From the NCBI GenBank assembly GCA_000320545.1, contig ADNK01002149.1, positions 1 to 35,174 on the forward strand: a stretch of 35,174 nucleotides of DNA, written 5' to 3'. This DNA is from Bigelowiella natans CCMP2755 (lineage: Eukaryota > Protista > Cercozoa). Position 1 is the first letter of the stretch. Each line of letters opens with the position of its first letter. The notes beneath the pieces are model-generated. The model had not been told where the DNA came from, ran no database searches, and saw only the letters and a list, made by a program, of their open reading frames with translations. Shown piece after piece: positions 1-11,864 of the stretch. The position numbers were made by a program, and so were the translations under genes.

Positions 1-181
1 GCAGCAGGGACCCCTCGGCCGTCAAAAAAGGCGGGGGGAACAAAAGGGGGCCAAACTTTTTTTTTTTTTTAAATTTTTCCCCCCCCCCCCCCCCCCCGCT
101 CCCTCTCCCTCATCTCTCTCCTTCCCGCGCATGTATTCGTCACGAGTAGTTTAATCATAATATATATTCTCATTAATTCAG

Positions 182-807
182 CTGGGGGAATGAGCACGAG
201 CGTGACGCTGAGGCAGCATATACGATGCGTCGAATGAGTCAATTTGAGGCCGCGCGAAGAGCCAGGCTCTCCCTTCGCCCGCATTCTCACCACAACGGAC
301 CATTTGTCGATACAGCTGCTTCTGATGCCGCAGACGAACGACTAATGTAATAATATAGCCATGAATGTGGTCATCTTGGTGGCTGTACCTCCAGATCCAT
401 CCCACGCGGGATTGATATTTTGTGTATTACTATTGTACAAGTGCGGGTATTCATATTGTTGTGTCAACGTATGTGTGCCGGTATCTACCTCCATGTGTGT
501 GTGAGAGAGACATCAAGATGAATGCTCCTTTCCGACATTTTCTCCATGGAAAAGTCACCCATCAGCCAATAGCATTCTTTCTTCGCATTATACTCACTCT
601 CAGAATAGAGCATCCTGGATTATGCATACATCCTGAGAAGCCTTGGCTGGCAGCCTCTCCTGATGGATACATTAAGGAGATTCTGTCACCAGAAACTCCT
701 CATATAAGAGGAATTGGAGAAGACGGGGAGGAGGAAGCTCTTCAAACATCGCAGCTAGGAATCGTCGAATACAAATGCCCGTCCGTACTCTATGAAATCG
801 GATTAAC

Positions 808-843
<36 letters not shown>

Positions 844-1761
844 TACTCACACGCAAGTGCAAGTACATTAGATTCTTTTATGACTCATACGAATCTTTTA
901 TTGGAATTTGTCTGTTCTTCAGATACTCTCAACGTGAGCGCCGAGCGGCATCCGTGGCGCCATTCTATCGCGTATTCTTCAAAAAACACTGAATCAAGAT
1001 TTTGGAATAGCCTGTTCGTACTCACGAGAAATGTATATATTGTTAGCGCATGCGGCAACCCAGTGGAATCATCGCGCCGATACCTCCATACTATTTTGAC
1101 CAGATCCAGGTATGACAGACTATGGGGTGGGCTACCAACCCCCTCCTTCCTACCTTCGATTATTTCGGCTAAGCATACTTCGGGCTATCCTGCGATCGAG
1201 TCCTGTGTTTTCGATTTCCTTTTTTGGGGTGAATGTATGAAGTTGGGTTTAAAGGCTATTTCGGCACCTTTCAGAGAAAGTGTAAGTGGTGGATGCGTCC
1301 TATCTCCTCCCCCTTCTAATCTATATTTTCCTCTTGAGGGGACTATGGCGGTCACTGGGAGAGAATGGTGTGATTTCGTCGTGTGGACCCCCTCCCAGAC
1401 ACAGGTAAAAGACATGCAATGCTGGTGAAGGCGTACATCTATGATATTCGAACGATTTCACAGCTTTCAACGTATTTTGAGGATATCAAATAATGGCACA
1501 GCATGGATAAATTAGATGTTGATGAGAATACGTAACCCTTATGTCAGATCACAAGATACTATTTCGACGCTGATTACTGGAATATGAGCTTATTGCCTGC
1601 GTTGGAGAAATTCTATTTCAATCTGTTGCTTCCATGTGAGTCATTTCATCTCCATCAATGTGATACGCTATTCTCTGAAATGAATATTATGCATACACTA
1701 AGCTCTTGTCACGAAGGAAAACCATGGAGTAGAAGAAGCTGTTCGTCAGCACTGCCAATGA
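182..1761 (+). CDS. YqaJ-like viral recombinase / lambda-exonuclease family PD-(D/E)xK nuclease, spliced, 5' end probably outside the window
   Basis: Exons joined at GT-AG give the family motifs in order: WGNEHERDAEAAY (from 183); EHPGLCIHPEKPWLAASPDG...IVEYKCP (604-780); YSQR (~923); IPPYYFDQIQ (to 1109); GTMAVTGREWCDFVVWTP (1339-1404); ITRYYFDADYWNMSLLPALEKFY (1548-1635); last exon ends at TGA 1759-1761. Catalytic D (SPDG) and ExK (EYK) are intact. The junction after the first exon is not resolved. Confidence 0.88.
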
Positions 1762-1940
1762 TCTGGTGTTATGATGTATTTGCATTGTATTTGCTCATGT
1801 AAGTGTTGGCGAAGATCTACTCCTAGCACTCGATGAGAACCAACAGCCTGCCATCCATAGATGCAATCGATATGAATGTGCTAAGGGACACTACATGCAT
1901 GTTCATTTCAGCGCATGCTACAGTTTGGCATGATCGCGAA

Positions 1941-2164
1941 TGCTCGCTGAAAATAGTGCACTTGTGATGAAATTGCAGAAGTACTAGCTTATCACACACA
2001 CACACGCGCGAACAGAACATGCATGAACCGTAAATTAGACCGTACAAGTTTGTTTGTGTCAACATGGCAACATGTGCTGTGCCGAAAGCCTTCCGCCCCG
2101 ACGTACAAATGCTCACTGAAAATGGTGCACTTGTGATGAAATTGGAGAAGTACTAGCTCATCGA

Positions 2165-2200
<36 letters not shown>

Positions 2201-2438
2201 GCGCGCGCGAACATGCATGAACCGCAAGTTAGACCGCACAAGTTTGTTTGTGTCAACATGGCAACATGTGCTGTGCCGAAAGCCTTCCGCCCCGACGCGT
2301 AAATGCTCGCTGAAAATAGTGCACTTGTGATGAAATTGCAGAAGTACTAGCTTATCACACACATACACGCGCGAACATGCCTGAACCGTAAATTAGACCG
2401 AAACAGTTTGTTTGTGTCAACATGGCAACATGTGCTGT
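1941..2438. repeat. Tandem repeat, ~2.8 copies of a ~170-195 bp unit containing a variable (CA)n tract
   Basis: Units start tgctc(g/a)ctgaaaat(a/g)gtgcacttgtgatgaaattg at 1941, 2110 and 2304. Each contains aacatgc(a)tgaaccg...gtttgtttgtgtcaacatggcaacatgtgctgt. Length differences come mainly from (CA)n. Confidence 0.95.
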
Positions 2439-2859
2439 TACTTCTTCTTCTACTACTACTACTACTACTAATATGATAATAATAATGATACTACTAATAC
2501 TGCTTGCTCCCATTCTAGTTTGATTTTCCGTAATAATTGAACGAAAACACGCCATATTTTGAGGACATTTCACTGCAGAGACAAGGTATGACGCACATCT
2601 AGTGTTGCCTACGTACAAGGAATCCACATTTCATCATGGTGAAATGAATAATTGATGCAGTCAGAATGTGACTAGGCTGCTGACTGAAACTTGCAGTCGA
2701 AACCAGACCTCGTAGGATCGTAGGAGCATTGCGATGGGGAAAAACCAGCTTACAATTTCCTTTGTTCATCTCGCAGTGCAAATGGAACACAAATGCCGTG
2801 GGTTTCTGTCTACGTCAAGTTGACATGAGGTGAATTTGCAAGGTGCGACTCACAATCAA

Positions 2860-4512
2860 ATGCTTTCTTTCTCGGCTATTCATTTGCTTTTGGTGCGGCT
2901 TCTCGATCAAACCGTCCTCGTAGACTCCACTGGAAACGCCACCAAGAAGTTGCTCATCAAGACCTACAACGCCTCTCATGCATGGTTGAAGTCTTTGCTA
3001 TCCAGCACTGATTGTGTTGCCATGTTGCAGAGGATTTACGGAGGGTTGAGAGGGAATGCTGTGAAAGACTGCTTGTTCGAAATTGGGCGCCGGTGGCGGC
3101 ATTGGGCGACGATACTATTCTTCTGTTGCGCCGTCTTCGAGATCCAAAACCTGCTGACCGTTGGTCAACTGGAGAGAAGGCCCGTATATTCTGACGGTGA
3201 TGTCATTCGGTATGCGAAGCAAGATGTCCCTGTTATTACAATATACATCAAAAACTGCCCGAGTTGTTCATTTGAGGCCCCAGATGCCTATGCGTCGTGT
3301 ATTTCAAAGTTTCCGCCTGGCTGCCCTACGTTTCTGAAAGTCGCTCTCCTCCAGGCCAAAGAGTACAACCGAAACGTAATTCTACTGGGAGATGGAGACG
3401 AATGTCAAGAGTGGGCGGCCAGGTCCGGAATTACATGGCAGACGGTTCCGATTGAAACCATCAACCAAGTGTTCTGCCCTATGAGAGCGGAAAACGAAAC
3501 AGTCTTGTCGCTTAGACGTGGTGAAAGAGAGTGGGCCACAGCAGTGGCAAGGTGGTTCGTATTGAACAAATTTGCTCAAGGCGAGCTTCCGAATCAGACC
3601 ATCGAAGCCCCTGAACGTTTCAACTTGATAGACCATGATTTCATGACCTACGTTGACTCCTCGATGTTTTTTCACCGTTTTGGAGAGGACGCAGAGGTTG
3701 CTGTATGCTGTCACTATCCACGATGTAATGGGATCTATTCGCTTTTCACAAGGAAATCTATTGCAGATATCGCTCGTTGGGCCTATCATCACCGTGATGT
3801 GGATGACATGAAAATGCTACTTTCATATGCAAAGCACGGAGTGCCGCAAAATGAGCTGGAATGCTGGTCGGACAATCTGGTTTGGCCGCCGGGGAGCACC
3901 GCACAAGGTAATTGCGGTTATTCTTACGACGGAATCAAGAGTGAAGTTGCAAAAAAAGAAATGCCAGACCCGCCTGCGTTTCCTGTGATAAACTCTTGCT
4001 TGCCATTCCCAGATGGGCGAATACTAGAAAGCATTATCCTGGATACAGAAGGCATTTATGAATCGATGCGCCGTGGAGATCATAAAATTGTGGACAGATC
4101 CGATACGTATCATGTAGTTACCCTTGAGAAAGAATCAAACGGCATACGTTTGAAACCCCGGCACTGGCAAGCCGGTAGAGCTCTTTATTATCGAAAGGGA
4201 CATCTCCACTTGAAGTGGAAAACAAATTCATCGATCAGTTCACAAAGGTGGGTTGCGGCTTCTCGCCAACCCTTCGAACGTGCTTTAGGTGCGCATTTTC
4301 AAGGAGGATACAAAAATCACATGAAACTCCACTTCAGACCAAACATGAAATCTGTAAAAGATCAGGCTTGCAAAGCATGCCTAGAATCCGACTGTGATTG
4401 TGAGAACGTAGCATGTGCAAATTGCTGGAACAAATGCCTGCCTAAATGCAGAGTTCTCCAAGAATTTGAAATTGCTTTGGGACAACGGACTGCAGTTCTT
4501 CTGGTGGTATGA
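2860..4512 (+). CDS. Intronless putative GT-A fold glycosyltransferase (nucleotide-diphospho-sugar transferase-like), probable type II membrane protein with a Cys-rich C-terminus
   Basis: Uninterrupted ORF (first ATG 2860, alternative ATG 3022). Basic residues then a hydrophobic stretch (RRWRHWATILFFCCAVFEI); RWFVLNKF followed by a DxD motif in FNLIDHDF (3631-3639); DDMKML; HFQGGYK (from 4294), resembling the C-terminal His motif of GT-A enzymes; terminal CKAC-x4-CDC-x4-CANC-x3-C-x3-C. Family call rests on motifs only. Confidence 0.6.
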   Translation: MLSFSAIHLLLVRLLDQTVLVDSTGNATKKLLIKTYNASHAWLKSLLSSTDCVAMLQRIYGGLRGNAVKDCLFEIGRRWRHWATILFFCCAVFEIQNLLTVGQLERRPVYSDGDVIRYAKQDVPVITIYIKNCPSCSFEAPDAYASCISKFPPGCPTFLKVALLQAKEYNRNVILLGDGDECQEWAARSGITWQTVPIETINQVFCPMRAENETVLSLRRGEREWATAVARWFVLNKFAQGELPNQTIEAPERFNLIDHDFMTYVDSSMFFHRFGEDAEVAVCCHYPRCNGIYSLFTRKSIADIARWAYHHRDVDDMKMLLSYAKHGVPQNELECWSDNLVWPPGSTAQGNCGYSYDGIKSEVAKKEMPDPPAFPVINSCLPFPDGRILESIILDTEGIYESMRRGDHKIVDRSDTYHVVTLEKESNGIRLKPRHWQAGRALYYRKGHLHLKWKTNSSISSQRWVAASRQPFERALGAHFQGGYKNHMKLHFRPNMKSVKDQACKACLESDCDCENVACANCWNKCLPKCRVLQEFEIALGQRTAVLLVV

Positions 4513-4664
4513 TGAGTGTAGATCATGCACCAATGCAGACATTCAATGAACCCAGCTAGATTTTCGTAGCGTTTTCAAAGTCCCACTGCGGTGCCCTCTC
4601 GTCACGACCCGACTGTGGACCATCGTGTAGACATAGCCTTTTGGAAATTCCTACTTAGAACAGA

Positions 4665-5066
4665 TGCTTCACGTCGCCGCCATGTTGCTGCTAATCGTGT
4701 TCAACAGTTAGAGTGCCAATTTTGAAATCCTGCTGGTTTTGCCAGGTGGACCTCACTGAAACTAGTTCTAGGCACTGCGTTTCGTGCACTGCAAATGTCT
4801 TGCAACATTTTGGAAACGTGGTTCATTGTCATTGTTTCATTGCTTCATGTCGCCGCCATGTTGCTGCTGTGGTTGCATTCCTCCTCAACACCTGGCATGC
4901 CAACTAGAACACCAATTTGAAAGTCTGCTGGTTTGTGCAATTTTCACTGCAAGTTGGACCTCACTGGGGCTAGTTCGAGGCACTGCGGCACTGCTGCATT
5001 GCGCACACTGCAAACATCTTGTGACACTTTGTGAACGCAGTTCATTGTCATTGTTTCATCGTTTCA
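4665..5066. repeat. Degenerate tandem repeat, 2 copies of ~176-220 bp
   Basis: tgcttca(c/t)gtcgccgccatgttgctgct at 4665 and 4841. Both copies contain ccaattt..aaa..ctgctggttt, ggacctcactg...ctagttc.aggcactgcg, cactgcaaa and gttcattgtcattgtttcat. Confidence 0.85.
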
Positions 5067-6202
5067 GCTTGTTGCGCATGCCCATTGCACGTTCACACAT
5101 GCATGCACGCGTGTGCCATGAAGAACACACCGTCATGATGGACACAGCAACATGGCATGTACATCGTGTATGCACACATGGCGCTCAAGTTCTAGTGCGA
5201 CGAGTGAGCATGAGGCACCGCATGCTAGCATGCATTGGGGTGCATTTGATTCATGCAGAATCGATGAAATGCGCAATGTCAGCAACACCACTAGACCACG
5301 CAGCACAGCGCAGCTAGCTTCATGTGCGCCATTGTCCATTTGCTCCGCTTGAGCATAGCTGCTACAATGTTGCTTGCATGCCACTTTCTGTCAGATGCGC
5401 TGTTTTTGCAAGAAATCATGTTGAATCAATGATGGCCGTCAGGACGCTTGACATGAACACCGATACTGTGAAGCTCAATGAAAGCAGTATCTGTGAACAG
5501 AATTTAAATTGTATTTACCGTTCTTAACATTTTATTTTATCGATTAGAGTTATTTAGTAAGTAAATCTTAGCAATGAACATGACGTGAATGCAACGTGGG
5601 TAATGAATTATTAAAGTTTATTTCTAACAACAAATAACAACAAGTAATAAAACTAGAAAAGACCCGAGTCTTCAACTTCGATAGACATTCTTCATCTCTC
5701 CGCAAGTTGTGCCTTCATTCTTGAGCCTCTAAAAACCTAAGCGCGATGTTCGGTAGGCAATGAATGATGTTGCTCCGAAGATGATGCTACAGCTGTATAC
5801 CTCTTAACAACGCCCTATGTATTTTCACGCATCTGGGCTGTTGTACTTCTAGCGCGCTCCATTACAATGTTATACCGCCAAGAATATAGGAACACTGAGA
5901 ATGGAGTGTTTCCGAAGTGCTGGAGGAGCAGAGCCGTTCTATCTCGAGCGGGGCTTTGAGGACAACGCCAAACCGTATGGTTATACTCGCTGCGACATCG
6001 AAATGTACACGTCGAGGGTGGAAAACATCCGGATAATGCCAAACAGGGACAAGTTTTTGAATCGAATATCAACGGCACGGCAAACTCGCGCGAATTATAA
6101 TTCTGCGACGCCAGGATTTTCATGTCGCATTGCGGATATAGTGGCTGTTTTTTGCGAATACTCAATACGGAGAGGATACGACGACTCGACTCCCGAATAA
6201 TA

Positions 6203-7250
6203 ATGGAAGGAGGAGCATCTCGTACTCAGCCCCCACCTTCGTCTACTTGCTCCCCTCAGGCAACATTCTGCACATTTTTCTTTTCAGGAATACCGCCGTC
6301 AAAGAAAATGGAGCTTGCGTTGCGCCGAATGGCGCAGGCAGTGCAGCTCGAATCAGGACAACCGAATCGGGTGAGGACTCGAGCACGAGCCCGCATCCTT
6401 TGTACTTCCCCTGAATCTGATACCACCCCTAGGTGTCTTCTCAACAGTATTTGAAAACGGTTTCCATTCTATCGAAGATTTGCCAAAATATTATCAAGGT
6501 GGCGTTAGAGATGACACGGGGTATGTTACCTAGTAGCCTTGACTCTCTGATCTTCGCTCAGGATCCTGCGAATCCGAAGTTTCAAAAACTCAAGCTTGCT
6601 TCGAAAGCTGTCCAAAGGCACATCGTAGAGGTTATGCCACTGAGTAGCCCGCTCCTGATTCGGAGTTTGTGCCCAATGGCCTTGGAGAGGGGTGTGGGGG
6701 GAGAAATGCAACGTAGAATAATTCCAATTCCCCTCCATTGCTCTCTGGCTTTGGGTTCTTAATTGGGACACAGTTGCACCGATCTTCTAATCCCTGCTTC
6801 CGTCCATATCGTGATGCCTGGCGCTTATGCTGCTGCCGACACTGCTGCGGCTGTCAACAGGTGCCAGGTGCCGAGGAGTTTCTCCAAGCAATCGGTTTCA
6901 TGCGTGTATCAGCAGATACACATCTTGCCCTTGATGGGGAGAGATCCAGGGAACCGACGCGAGAAGCGAAGGACAAGAACGATAGGCACGGAGATGTGGA
7001 TTACGATGGTTTGTCCCGCTTAATCGATCTTTGGATAAAACACATTCGTTCTGAACCGAGAGGATGAAGACACCCATTGATGGAGGTTCTTGTGCTCCTA
7101 AACGGTTCACTCTGCATGTTGTCAGTCCGTGGCCTCTGTGAAAGGGCTCTCTCGATCCTGTCGCGTTCTCCATCGTATTTGGATAGAGTGCAACCCAAGG
7201 GTGACAACATAAATGAAAAAGAGCAACGGCGAATTTCTAACCCATCGTTC

Positions 7251-7286
<36 letters not shown>

Positions 7287-10200
7287 CACACGAATCAGGA
7301 ACGCAAGCGGCAGTAGCCCCCTCTGATAAGAGCAGTAGTAATAGTCTCCACGACGCCAAACGGCAAATTCCTACTGCCTCTGATCATCATACCTCACTTC
7401 CAAGAACGAAGGTCGAACTAGTGATGAGCCAATTGAAGAAAAGCCATGCATCAGGCGCCCTTGCTTGGTAACATGTCGCAATTTCGAAAGGTTGTTGTTG
7501 TTGTTGTTTTTGTGAAATCAAGGTACCTCATCCAGGGCTGATAAATTCGGGAGCAACGTGTTACCTTAACGCTCTCCTTCAAGTAGTATTAGTCGAAGTT
7601 TCCAGTTTGATATTTACTGTAATCAATATGTGAGCAAAAAGTAGGAGAATTTTCCCCTCACGTTACTTTCACTACGGACGTTGCATTTTGGCGTGTTTTT
7701 GTCAAGGCAATATCGATGCGGATGTAATGTATATACGCTTTTTGCAGGTGTATTTCCATCAACCAGAATTTCGTAAGCTGATATACAGAGCCCCGTTCAT
7801 AAAGGTAGTGGCTGCCAACTCCTTTCCTGCTCCGAATTATGATGAATTGACGGCGGCTCAGAGCATTGATCACCACCATTTTTTAATCAACTGAATTGTC
7901 AACCACCACAGGATTCGATCATCCATGGGCTGCAGGACCTCTTCTACTCCCTCACCATCGCCACAAAGTAGTGAGTCTTTGCTTTCGGGTTGTGCATGAG
8001 CAGTATAGCGTTGAGCGTTCTTGTAGTTGTTGTGTGCGAAGTATTGCTGTGTTTGAGATAGAATGTAGGATCATTGCATCGTTTTCTAGCACTCATATCC
8101 GCCCCCCCCCTTTTTTTTCGCTCCTCATTAAGGCCTATATCCACGCGGCACTTGACTGCCCGGTGCTTCGGATGGACGGAAGGGCATGAACAGTATATGC
8201 AGCATGACGCGCATGAGCTAAATCGCATTCTCATTGACCGGGTGATCATAGAGTAACCGAGTATTAATAAAAGGATAAATAATGATATTTAAGTATAAAT
8301 AAAAAGTATAAAATACATTCATCAACTTGTAAATTTTGAATTCAAAAGAATCTATTATTATATGTCTGTTTGCGCGTTGTCTTCTGTGCATATTCCACAC
8401 ATCCACGCCCACTCTCCCACACCACATACGTTGTTCGGTGTCGACATATGACTTTGACAGCTCTTCGAGGAGCTCAAGAAATCGCCGGCGTTGGAGGTGA
8501 GGGGCCAACGCATGTGAGTTGATGATAGTACGATTTTCTGCGCCTTCTGTGAATTACCTATCCGACAACACATCCACACCTCTCCTTGGCTCTTTTATTC
8601 TAATAGAGAGAGGGAAAGACGTTACTTCGAGGCGGGATGGAGGCCTTCATAAGATGTTTGGACGTCGATTTTTCGGTTGTTGAAACGTACACTATTGGCG
8701 GGGGGGAGGGGGGGGAGCAAAAGTTGTTCTAATGTAAACAGGATGGTCTGAAATCATATCATCATCTTGATGCTATTATGACCTTCACCTTCGTCGTCGT
8801 CTTCTGTATTGTCGTCTCGATGAACTCTGATATGCCCCCGCCAATTAATACGTCCGCCATTCTTATTCGTACGGCATTTGTATTAATATAATGCATGTGT
8901 GTGTGTGTGTGTGTGTGTGTGTCAGAGCTGCCGCCATGAGAGCTTCTTCGACTTATCTTTTCCGGTAGGACCAGTAGTAATTACTATCTGGCTGCTCGGT
9001 CATTGTAATCTTTCACGCTCGAATTAACGACGCATGTGGAAAACAAAATCTAACACACGCGCATGCTCGCACGCACACACGCACACTAATGAGAATTTTA
9101 CTCTGTTGCGACAAGAAGACGGCTAAAGTACTGCTGGTGCAAACCAGCGGTGCTTTCAGTCAGCAGCGGTACAATTGTGTGCGTAAATAGTTTACATTAT
9201 TAACAATGATGCGTGACTTGCTCTTTCTACAAAGGTCCCAATGCGTGGCTCTACAGATGTGGAATCGGTAGCAGCAGCATCCGCAGCATGCATCATCATC
9301 AGTAGTAAATTCGTGTCGTGGTGGTGGCGTTGTTAGTAGCAATCATCATCATCATTATCATCATCATCATCATCAGTAGTAATGATAGTAATAACAGTAA
9401 TAGTAGTAGTAGTAGTAGTAGTAGTAGTAGCGGTGATGGTAGTAGCATGCTGAACAAGTCAAAGTCAATCGATACGTTTACATGGTTTTTTGATGATAAG
9501 GTTACACACAACCACTCACTTATACAAACATCGAACCTCTCCCCCCCTCTCCTCCTCCTCCTCCTCCTCCTCCTCCTGCTGCTGCTCCCCGTTCTCCTAA
9601 TCTCCTTATAAAATGTTCAGGCCCTTAAAGAATACACGAAAGAGGAGGTAGATCAACAGGATGAATAAGATCAAGAAATATACTTAAAAAATAACGAGAT
9701 CCACGAGAATCGCTCGCGGCGGACGGCGTAAAAATCACGCCTTGACACCTCCACATCTGCATTGCTTGCTCCAACACGATCCAGAGAGTGCTCGCCAACC
9801 AACACACGCACACATGCACACACGCTCACACACGCCGCATTCAATAAGTAGTATGTGAGACGCTTCTTCCTCCAGGTTCTTTCAGAGTTATGGAAGAGGC
9901 CAAATGCCAATCTCGGGCCTCAGAAGGCAGCGAAAGGAGTGTGTAGACACCCCACCTACTACTACAGCAACAACAACAACAACTACTACTACTACTACTA
10001 CCATGCCTCTTGATTCCTACCATACATTATTTAGTGCCGTTTTCGCTATTTTCCGCCGCTGTTGTTCCTCCATCTTGCACGATTTGCGTATAACCCGGAA
10101 ACGAATTCAAGGTAGGGAGGAGGGGGAGGAAGAGGAGGAGGATGATGATGATGAGGAGGAGGAGGAGGAAGGGAGAGAGATCGCCAAAATGAAGTAGTTA

Positions 10201-10894
10201 GGGAAAACAACAGTGCCAAAACTTGGCCATATCGAAGGATGGGGTATATTCTGCTTTATGGCATTTCCAAGATGAATAGTATACATACGATTTTATGCTG
10301 TCGCTTCTTTGAATAAACTTCTTCCATCCTCCCCCCTGCCCTCTCCCTCTCTCCCTCTTAGAAAGAAAATCAACAACAGCTTCAAGTTTCCACCGAACAT
10401 CAATCTGGCTGCTTTCATGCCGGACACTGCCGATGACAACAGCAGCAACGAGGGAGAAGAGGCAAAGAGTGAAAATATGAAGGAAGAGAGCGGCAGCTAT
10501 CAGCCCCATGAATACGAGCTAGTAAGGCAATCCTTCATCATTCATCCCCGACCAAAGAAATAGTATCTAAAGCGACTCGAAATCATATTATTTCTTCCTC
10601 TTTTCTGCAGCAAAGTGATTTTCTTCTTCTTCTTCTTCTTCTTCTTCTTCTTCTTCTTCTTCTCTTCCTGATTAGCATGCTTATTCTTATCCAGCGTATA
10701 TTCCCCCCCCCCCTCTCTCTTTCTGGTGTGTATGTGTATGTATGTGTATGTGTGTGTGTGTGTGTGTGTGTATGAGTAATTGTATTTTTGATCATAGCTC
10801 TCTGAGAACAACCAACCCAATATTATTCGCCCCTCCCTCTCCTCCATCCACCCATTCATTATATTGGATGTTCTCTGTGCACTCATCATCATCG

Positions 10895-10925
<31 letters not shown>

Positions 10926-11531
10926 CGCCAGGCTGCGGTTATTGTGCACAGTGGGGGTGCTGGTACGTACTCATGAGTATCACACGCTAATCCTCACTTT
11001 CTCTCTCATGACTCCTCCTCCAATTACTAGTAAATATTAGCACAAGTCATATCTGGGGTCTTCTTGACGTTTAATGTATTTGTTTGCTTAACGTTCGGCC
11101 TCCTTTTGTCGACCAAATAAATGCCTGGATTACAGATCAATACATCGATAATAATAGTAAAAATAATAAAAATAATAAATGACAACGCACATCAAATCGT
11201 TACGGCAGCGAGCGGACATTACATCTCGTACGTCAAGATTCCCCGCTGCTGCAAGATAAGGAGGAGGAAAGAAGGTGGGTGGGTGGGGAGATAGTGGTAG
11301 GCACAGCGTATACAGGAAAGCAAGGAGATGACGATATAATAATCCATGGCACATGCCTGCAATAACGATGATTTTATATAAATTGTAAGGAGGAGGAGAA
11401 GGAAGGGGAGAAACGATGGAGCATAGATGGACCCGTTTTGATGATACTAGGTACTGCTATTTACTGCTGCTGCTGCTGCTTCTTAATTGCAATTCTTCCA
11501 ATTGCTCAACCCCCCTCTGGTTCTTTAGACG

Positions 11532-11571
<40 letters not shown>

Positions 11572-11819
11572 GCACGCATAAACACACACTCTTTACTGTA
11601 CAAGTAGTAGCGTGGAAGAGGAGGAATACGTGCATCATTTTTGTACAAGAGATGACTTTTTCCTTGTTCTATAATTCAAACAAAAATAGGGTACGCTGGG
11701 TCCGTGAAAAGGAAGCTGTTGAGGCAAACTTTGGTACCGGGGAAAACCAAGAAAAGGGAGAGAGAGAGAAATAGAAAATACGAAGATAAATCTGCAATCG
11801 AGAGAGTGCTGTGCTTCGC

Positions 11820-11864
<45 letters not shown>

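Larger units (their letters stand above)
1850..5436. mobile_element. Candidate non-autonomous DNA transposon-like unit (degenerate inverted ends, subterminal repeats, intronless cargo ORF)
   Basis: The reverse complement of 1909-1932 (catgcca-aa-ctgtagcatgcgctg) matches 5377-5402 (catgcca-cttt-ctgtcagatgcgctg). The reverse complement of 1850-1866 resembles 5421-5436. Left and right tandem units share inverted blocks. No transposase or TSD was identified. Confidence 0.35.

Noticed and set aside
1-115. Homopolymer runs (T, C, G) at the window start
   Set aside because: Probably low-complexity intron or low-quality assembly sequence; no interpretable structure.
1941-2438. Possible CRISPR array
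   Set aside because: Whole units repeat with no unique spacers; eukaryotic context and no cas genes.
182-5436. Endogenous giant-virus insertion (YqaJ + glycosyltransferase)
   Set aside because: The YqaJ gene is fully intronised and no viral hallmark genes (capsid, polB, packaging ATPase) are present; kept only as a possible remote origin.
4713-5527. Cys/His-rich ORFs downstream of the GT gene
   Set aside because: Translation artefacts of TG/CA-rich degenerate repeats.
5690-6200. 99-aa + ORF (5901-6200) ending just before the USP start, 116-aa - ORF, and a possible tiny spliced minus-strand gene
   Set aside because: No recognisable motif, and no splice reconstruction gave a convincing protein. 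It cannot be excluded without RNA-seq.
6260-6287. Apparent 28-nt GC-AG intron in the USP gene
   Set aside because: It would shift the frame away from the PUB domain. A canonical GT-AG intron at 6222-6287, or read-through, keeps the frame.
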